A stretch of DNA of 64,000 nucleotides from Anolis carolinensis (Eukaryota), in NCBI RefSeq assembly GCF_035594765.1, contig NW_026943826.1:11583198-11647197 (forward strand), read 5' to 3'. Below are positions 58,044 through 64,000 of this stretch, one piece after another. The notes under the pieces are model-generated. The model worked only from the letters and a program-made list of their open reading frames with translations. It did no database searches and had not been told where the DNA came from. The position numbers and the translations under genes are program-made. The first letter of the stretch is position 1, and every line of letters starts with the position of its first letter.

Positions 58044-60430
58044 ATGCGGATGCTGGTGCTGATGCTCCTGGGGATGCGGATCCAGGCCTGCCCAGAAGGT
58101 GAGCCCCTTGGCACCATTCGATCCCTCCCAACAGATGGCCATCCAACCCTCTGCTTTGGAATCTAGAGAAGGGAACGCCAGCAGAGTATATTTATATAGA
58201 AAGTTGGGTCCTTAAAGGTCATAGAAGCCTGTCTAGGTAAAGGCACCACTCGATCCCTCCCGACAGATGGCCATCTGGACTCTACTTAAAAGCCTCCAGG
58301 GAAGGAGATGCAACCAGAGTATTAGGGCCCTGAAAGCCATTGGATCCCACCTGTTTATTTATTCATTTATTTAGCAGTAATGCTCAGTAGTAATTACTGT
58401 ATTTACGAATTTAGCACCAAAATATCACGATGGATTGAAAACATTGACTACAAAAATGTGTTGGATAATCCAGAATGTTGGATAAGTGAGACTCTACTGT
58501 ATATGAAATTGTACAATACATTGTGAATCAATTAAAAAGTTATTAAAATTGCATCAGACATTCATAAAAACACTTATAAAATACAGATGGGCATGTTCGA
58601 GTCTAAAAGACTGGGTCTGTCAATTGGGTTTCTGTTTCTGCCATAAAGGCACCATTCGATCCCTCCCGACAGATGGCCATCCGGACTCTACTTAAAAGCC
58701 TCCAGGAAAGGGGATGACAGCAGAATATATTTCTCTATAGAGTTGGAAGGGCTCCCTAAAGGTAATCTAGTCCCACCTCTTTCAGCCATAAAGGCACAAT
58801 TCGATCCCTCCTGACAGATGGCCATCCAGACTCTACTTAAAAGCCTCCAGGAAAGGGGATGACAGCAGAATATATTTCTCTATAGAGTTGGAAGGGCTCC
58901 CTAAAGGTAATCTAGTCCCACCTCTTTCAGCCATAAAGGCACAATTCGATCCCTCCTGGCAGATGGCCATCCGGACTCTACTTAAAAGCCCACATCAGAG
59001 GGGTCCCTAAAGGGCATGCAGTCTTCCCCATGCAAAGCAGTCAGGCACCATTCGATCCCTCCCGACAGATAGCCATCCAGACTCTACTTAAAAGCCCACA
59101 TCAGAGGGGTCCCTAAAGGGCATGCAGTCTTCCCTATGCAAAGCAGTCAGGCACCATTCGATCCCTCCCAATAGATGGCCATCCAGACTCTACTTAAAAG
59201 TTTCCAGAGAAGGGAACACCGCCAGAGTATATTTCTTTACAGAGTTAGGAGGGCTCGCTAAAGGCCATCCAGTCCTACCCCTTTCTGCTGTAAAGGAAGG
59301 CAGCATTTGATCCCTCCCGACAGAGGCCATCCGGACTCTCAGACACTCAGAAAACAGAGGAATTCCAGACATGAGTCAATCAGGGCCAGCTAACACCTCC
59401 CAACAAAGGATTACCCACAGGCAGTAAACAGCCAGGCCTTGAAACTGCATGGCTATCCAATGCTAATCAAGGTGGCCAATTGAAACCGACAAGAGTGAGT
59501 TCTTTCTTCCACCCTGGAAGTTCCACAGATACATAAACCCCACTTGCCTAGTTGACAACAGACCTCACAACCTCTGAGGATGCCTGTGGGCGAAACGTCA
59601 GGCCAGGCAGCCCAGAAAACTCACAGCAAACCAGTGATTCCGGCCATGAAAGCCTTCGACAACACATCCGGGGGAAGGACCCTAAAGGGCATCCAGTCTT
59701 ACCCATGTAAACTATTCAAGGAGGCACCACTCGATCCCTCCTGACAGATGGCCATCCAGACACTGCTTAAGAATCCCTCTCCTTCATTAGGCTCCTACCG
59801 CGACCCCTCTTCAGGCCTCGAGGACTGCCTCCCCTGCGACGTTTGTGACGGTGAGTCCTTCCGTGGGGCCAAACGTGGGGTCTTGGATGGGGGGCTGCCA
59901 CCTCCTCCTTTAATGAGACCCCCTTCTATTTTTCCTCCTTCTCAGAAGGGAGTTCCTATCTCCGTCCCTGCGGCCCCGAGGCCAACGCCGTCTGCAAATG
60001 CCCCCCCGGAAGAGAGTGCGGGGGCAACACCTGTGTCCGGTGCCACTGTCCGGAGGGTCAGGAGCCCACTAAGGATGGTGAGAGGTCAGTGGGGAGGGAC
60101 GGAGTGTGACATCCCTTTTCCTTGTGTGACACCCCACTTGTTTCCTCTGCCAGGCGGCTGCCAACGCTGCCCCGAAGGGGAGTTCAGCGACGGGACCTCG
60201 GGACCCTGCCGCCCCTGGAGCCGGTGAGTCCCTCTTCGTATACATACAAACACAACAACAACAACAACAACAATAACACTATATTCCTCCCTTCTCCCCA
60301 GATTACAGTATAAACAGAACCAAGTAAAAATTCAATACAATGAGACACACATACACAAAGGCAAAGGCTTCTCCTTTCATTTCCGGCTTTGGAGGCCGTG
60401 CTCATCTTTTGGGGAAGGAGCCTGACATGT

Positions 60431-60482
<52 letters not shown>

Positions 60483-60632
60483 TATTTATATTCTGCCCTT
60501 CTCCCTGAGAAACAGAACCAAGTAAACATTCAATATAATGAGACACACATACACAAACAAAGGCAAAGGCTTCTCCTTTCATTTCCGGCTTTGGAGGTGG
60601 TGCTCATCTCTTGGGGAAGGAGCCTGACATGT

Positions 60633-60672
<40 letters not shown>

Positions 60673-61348
60673 TATATTCTGCCCTTCTCCCCGAGTGGAT
60701 TTCATTATAAACAGAGCCAAGTAAACATTCAATACAATGAGACACACATACACAAACAAAGGCAAAGGCTTCTCCTTTCATTTCCGGCTTTGGAGGCGGT
60801 GCTCATCTCTTGGGGAAGGAGCCTGACATGTATTATTATTATTATTATTATTAATATTTTATTTATATTCTGCCCTTCTCCCCGAGTGGATTTCATTATA
60901 AACAGAGCCAAGTAAACATTCAATACAATGAGACACACATACACAAACAAAGGCAAAGGCTTCTCCTTTCATTTCCGGCTTTGGAGGCGGTGCTCATCTC
61001 TTGGGGAAGGAGCCTGACATGTATTATTATTATTATTATTAATATTAATATTTTATTTATATTCTGCCCTTCTCCCCGAGTGGATTTCATTATAAACAGA
61101 ACCAAGTAAACATTCAATACAATGAGATACACATACACAAACAAAGGCAACGGCTTCTCCTTTCATTTCTGGCTTTGGAGGCGGTGCTCATCTCTTGGGG
61201 AAGGAGCCTGACATGTATTAATCATAATAACAACAATAATAATACTTTATTTATATTCCGCCCTTCTCCCCGTCAGGACTCACGAGCAGATTTCAATATA
61301 AACAGAACCAAGTAAACATTCAATACAAGGAACCTGACATGTATTATG

Positions 61349-61388
<40 letters not shown>

Positions 61389-62087
61389 TATTTATATTCT
61401 GCCCTTCTCCCCAAGGGGACTCAAGAGTGGATTACAGTATGTAAACAAACACAAGCAAGTTTTCAATGCCTTGTTACAATGAGACACACATACACAAACA
61501 AAGGCAAAGGCTTCTCCTTTCATTTCCGGCTTTGGAAGCGGTACTCATCTCTGGCTCTTGGGAAAGGAGCCTAACATGTATTAATAATAATAATATATTT
61601 TATTTATATTCCGCCCTTCTCCCCAAGGGGACTCAAGAATGAATTACAGTATGTAAACAAACACAGGCACATATTCAGTGCCTTGTTACAATGAGACACA
61701 CAAACCAAGGCAAAGGCTTCTCCTTTCATTTCCGGCTTTGGAGGTGATGCTCATCTCTGGCATGTATTAATAATAACAATTATTATTGTTGTTGTTGTTG
61801 TTGTTCCCTCCTAAAGCCTCACTGCTCCTCCGCAGGTGTCCCCCCGGCCACCGGATCCAGACGCCTGGGATGGAGGAGAGCGACGTGGTTTGCCAGCCGG
61901 AGCCGGAAGGCCCCACAGTGCCCAACTCAGGGATCCCCACCACTAAGAAAATGGGTGAGGCCCCACCGAGGGGATGGGTCTCGTGCCCCATAAGACAGAT
62001 AAGGAGGGAAGGAAGGAAGGGAGTGGCGAAGGACCACAAGATACAGACAGATGGTGGCGGAGTATAAAAATAAAGTTGTTGTTATTG

Positions 62088-62119
<32 letters not shown>

Positions 62120-63599
62120 TTATTATGACACAGCAAACAAGATAGATATGCTGGATTTCATATCACAAAACCACAAGTGGAACACTTCCCAAGTGTCTAG
62201 GACTGTGTGATATATTTTCGGAGATACGTGCAGATCCCAGCAGGGTGGCCTTTTGCAGTTGGCAGATCGTCATTTTGTCAATGTCTATTGTTTCCAAATG
62301 CCGGCTGAGATCTTTTGGCACGGCACCCAGTGTGCCCATCACCACCGGGACGACCTGCACTGGTTTCTGCCAGAGTCTTTGAAGTTCAATCTTGAGGTCC
62401 TGAGAGCGGCTGAGTTTTTCTTGTTGTTTTTCATCAATGCGACTGTCACCTGGGATGGCGACATCAATAATCCAAGCCCTTTTCCTTTCCACAACTGTGA
62501 TGTCTGGTGTGTTGTGTTCCAGAACTTTGTCAGTCTGGATTCGGAAGTCCCACAGTATCTTTGTGTGCTCATTTTCCAATACTTTTGCAGGTTTGTGATC
62601 CCACCAGTTCTTTGCTGCTGGGAGGTGGTACTTGAGGCATAAGTTCCAATGGATCATTTGGGCCACATAGTTGTGCCTCTGTTTGTAGTCTGTCTGTGCG
62701 ATTTTCTTACAGCAGCTGAGGATATGATCCATGATATGGTCCATAGAGCTGTCAGGCTCTAGTTTGTAGTGCGGCTTTCTTGTACTGGTTTTTTGTCTGC
62801 TGTGCTTTGAGGAGTTTCTGATTTTTGACTTCCATCAAAGCAGGTTCTTCACTTTGCCTGACATATCCTGCCAGGGCATGTTCTTCTTCTTTGACTGCTT
62901 GTTTTACTTGCAAGAGTCCTCTGCCTCCTGATCTTCTAGGCAGATACAGCCGGTCAACATCACTGCGAGGGTGCAGTGAATGGTCATGAGTTTTCTTGTT
63001 TTTCTGTCCAAATTGTCCAGTTTAGTATAGTTGTGCCTCTGTTTGTAGTCTGTCTGTGCGATTTTCTTACCGCAGCTGAGGATACGATCCATGGTTTCGG
63101 CAGCTTCCTTGCACANNNNNNNNNNNNNNNNNNNNNNNNNNNNNNNNNNNNNNNNNNNNNNNNNNNNNNNNNNNNNNNNNNNNNNNNNNNNNNNNNNNNN
63201 NNNNNNNNNNNNNNNNNNNNNNNNNNNNNNNNNNNNNNNNNNNNNNNNNNNNNNNNNNNNNNNNNNNNNNNNNNNNNNNNNNNNNNNNNNNCTGCTGCCC
63301 ATTGCCTTGCTTGCGGCCGCCCTGCTCTCCTGCCACCTGGTGCTGCTCTTCTTCTGCCGGCTCTGGGTTCAAGGGAAGCCCCAGGAAGGTAAGGCCGACA
63401 ACTGTCCCGAGCAGAGCTTCCCTTCCTGGGCCCACGGAGATGGATCCTTCCCTTCCTCTCTCGTGCAGGACCCTGCCGCCAACCGGCCCAAGAAGTGGAC
63501 GACTGCAGCTACTGCTTCCCGGAGGAAGAGGAAGGAGACGGTGGCGGAGAAGGCTTCCTGACCAAGGGGGAGCTGCTGCTGCTGGAGAAAGTCCCATAA
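58044..63599 (+). CDS. TNFRSF9: TNF receptor superfamily member 9 (4-1BB/CD137)-like, 7 coding exons; start of the TM exon lies in an N gap
   Basis: Exons 58044-58098 (signal peptide + CPE), 59791-59850, 59946-60077 (CGPEANAVCKCPPGRECGGNTCVRCHCPEGQEPTKDG), 60154-60223 (CQRCPEGEFSDGTSGPCRPWSR), 61836-61954 (CPPGHRIQTPGMEESDVVC + stalk), gap-63388 (TM LLPIALLAAALLSCHLVLLFF), 63469-63599 (PAQEVDDCSYCFPEEEEG, matching the 4-1BB TRAF-binding tail TQEEDGCSCRFPEEEEG). Divergent from PARK7, as in mammals. Confidence 0.88.
60300..61765. repeat. ~190-200 bp tandem repeat in TNFRSF9 intron 4
   Basis: aaggcaaaggcttctcctttcatttccggctttggagg..tgctcatctc repeated about 7 times. Confidence 0.85.
62124..63115 (-). 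mobile_element. Dong/R4-clade non-LTR retrotransposon fragments (zinc knuckle + restriction-like endonuclease, 3' end)
   Basis: ORF 62744-62163: HILSCC..YKQRHNYVAQMIHW...LWDFRIQTD..HNTPDITVV...IIDVAIP....EK...DLKIELQRLW, a PD-(D/E)xK RLE. The 3' end abuts a (TAA)n tract; rearranged upstream pieces extend to 63115. Confidence 0.85.
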
Positions 63600-64000
63600 C
63601 AAGATCCCCCTCCATTCAAACCAGGCCTTCCATGTGTTTTGGACTTCAACTCCCACCATTCTTAACAGACGGGGAAAAGGAAGGGAATGGTGGGAGTTGA
63701 AGTCATAAACACCTGGAAGGGCCAAGTGCTTGCTGTAGAAGAAGTGCAAGAGGGGTTGTTTGGCTTCTCTGCTCAGCCCACCTTCCTCCTCTTTGGTGGC
63801 ACTTGTTCCGCAGGCAGAAAAGGCCACCCTTTCCTCTCCCGCGTGAGCGAGTCGGCTTCGGTGGAAACATTGGGGTGGGTGACGTTGGCTGTGGTTGCAA
63901 CGCCGTCCGATCCCCCGCAGACTGGAAACACTTTGACGCCCGAGGAGCTTCCTTTCTTCCTCCTCCTCCGTCACCGATACCACTGTTGCCCTTTGAAGAG

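Noticed and set aside
62163-62744. 193-aa ORF as a host gene or domesticated nuclease
   Set aside because: It is a 5'-truncated Dong/R4 retrotransposon end with a frameshifted terminus and many sibling fragments in the window.
63369-64000. 204-aa minus-strand ORF at the window end as the 3' end of a neighbouring gene (PER3 and UTS2 lie on this side in mammals)
   Set aside because: No recognisable PER3 or urotensin-II (CFWKYC) motif in the frames I could read; sequence beyond the window is needed.

Overview
A vertebrate genomic window, almost certainly from a squamate (lizard). A Sauria SINE, Vingi, Penelope, Dong/R4, Helitron and Tc1/mariner MITE families all point to Anolis or a close relative. 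The region is gene-dense, with GC-rich exons, repeat-choked introns and several N gaps. I reconstructed six spliced genes by hand with consistent reading frames: P3H1/LEPRE1 (-, 15 exons, 709 aa, ends KDEL), C1orf50 (+, 4 exons, 181 aa), ERRFI1/MIG6 (+, 350 aa), a T1R taste receptor (+, 6 exons, 823 aa), PARK7/DJ-1 (-, 189 aa) and TNFRSF9/4-1BB (+, one exon partly in a gap). The top candidate for new biology is the intact T1R gene. It sits between ERRFI1 and PARK7, where none of TAS1R1/2/3 lies in mammals, and its ligand pocket and cysteine pattern are remodelled; it may be the recently described lizard TAS1R7-type lineage or an undescribed one. The second theme is promoter-proximal tandem arrays built from transcription-factor motifs: a ~4.4 kb SP/KLF/CCAAT array running into the ERRFI1 TATA box, an RFX X-box array in P3H1 intron 1, and a KLF array in the P3H1/C1orf50 bidirectional promoter. 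Comparisons to human proteins and repeat families are from memory; no database searches were run.
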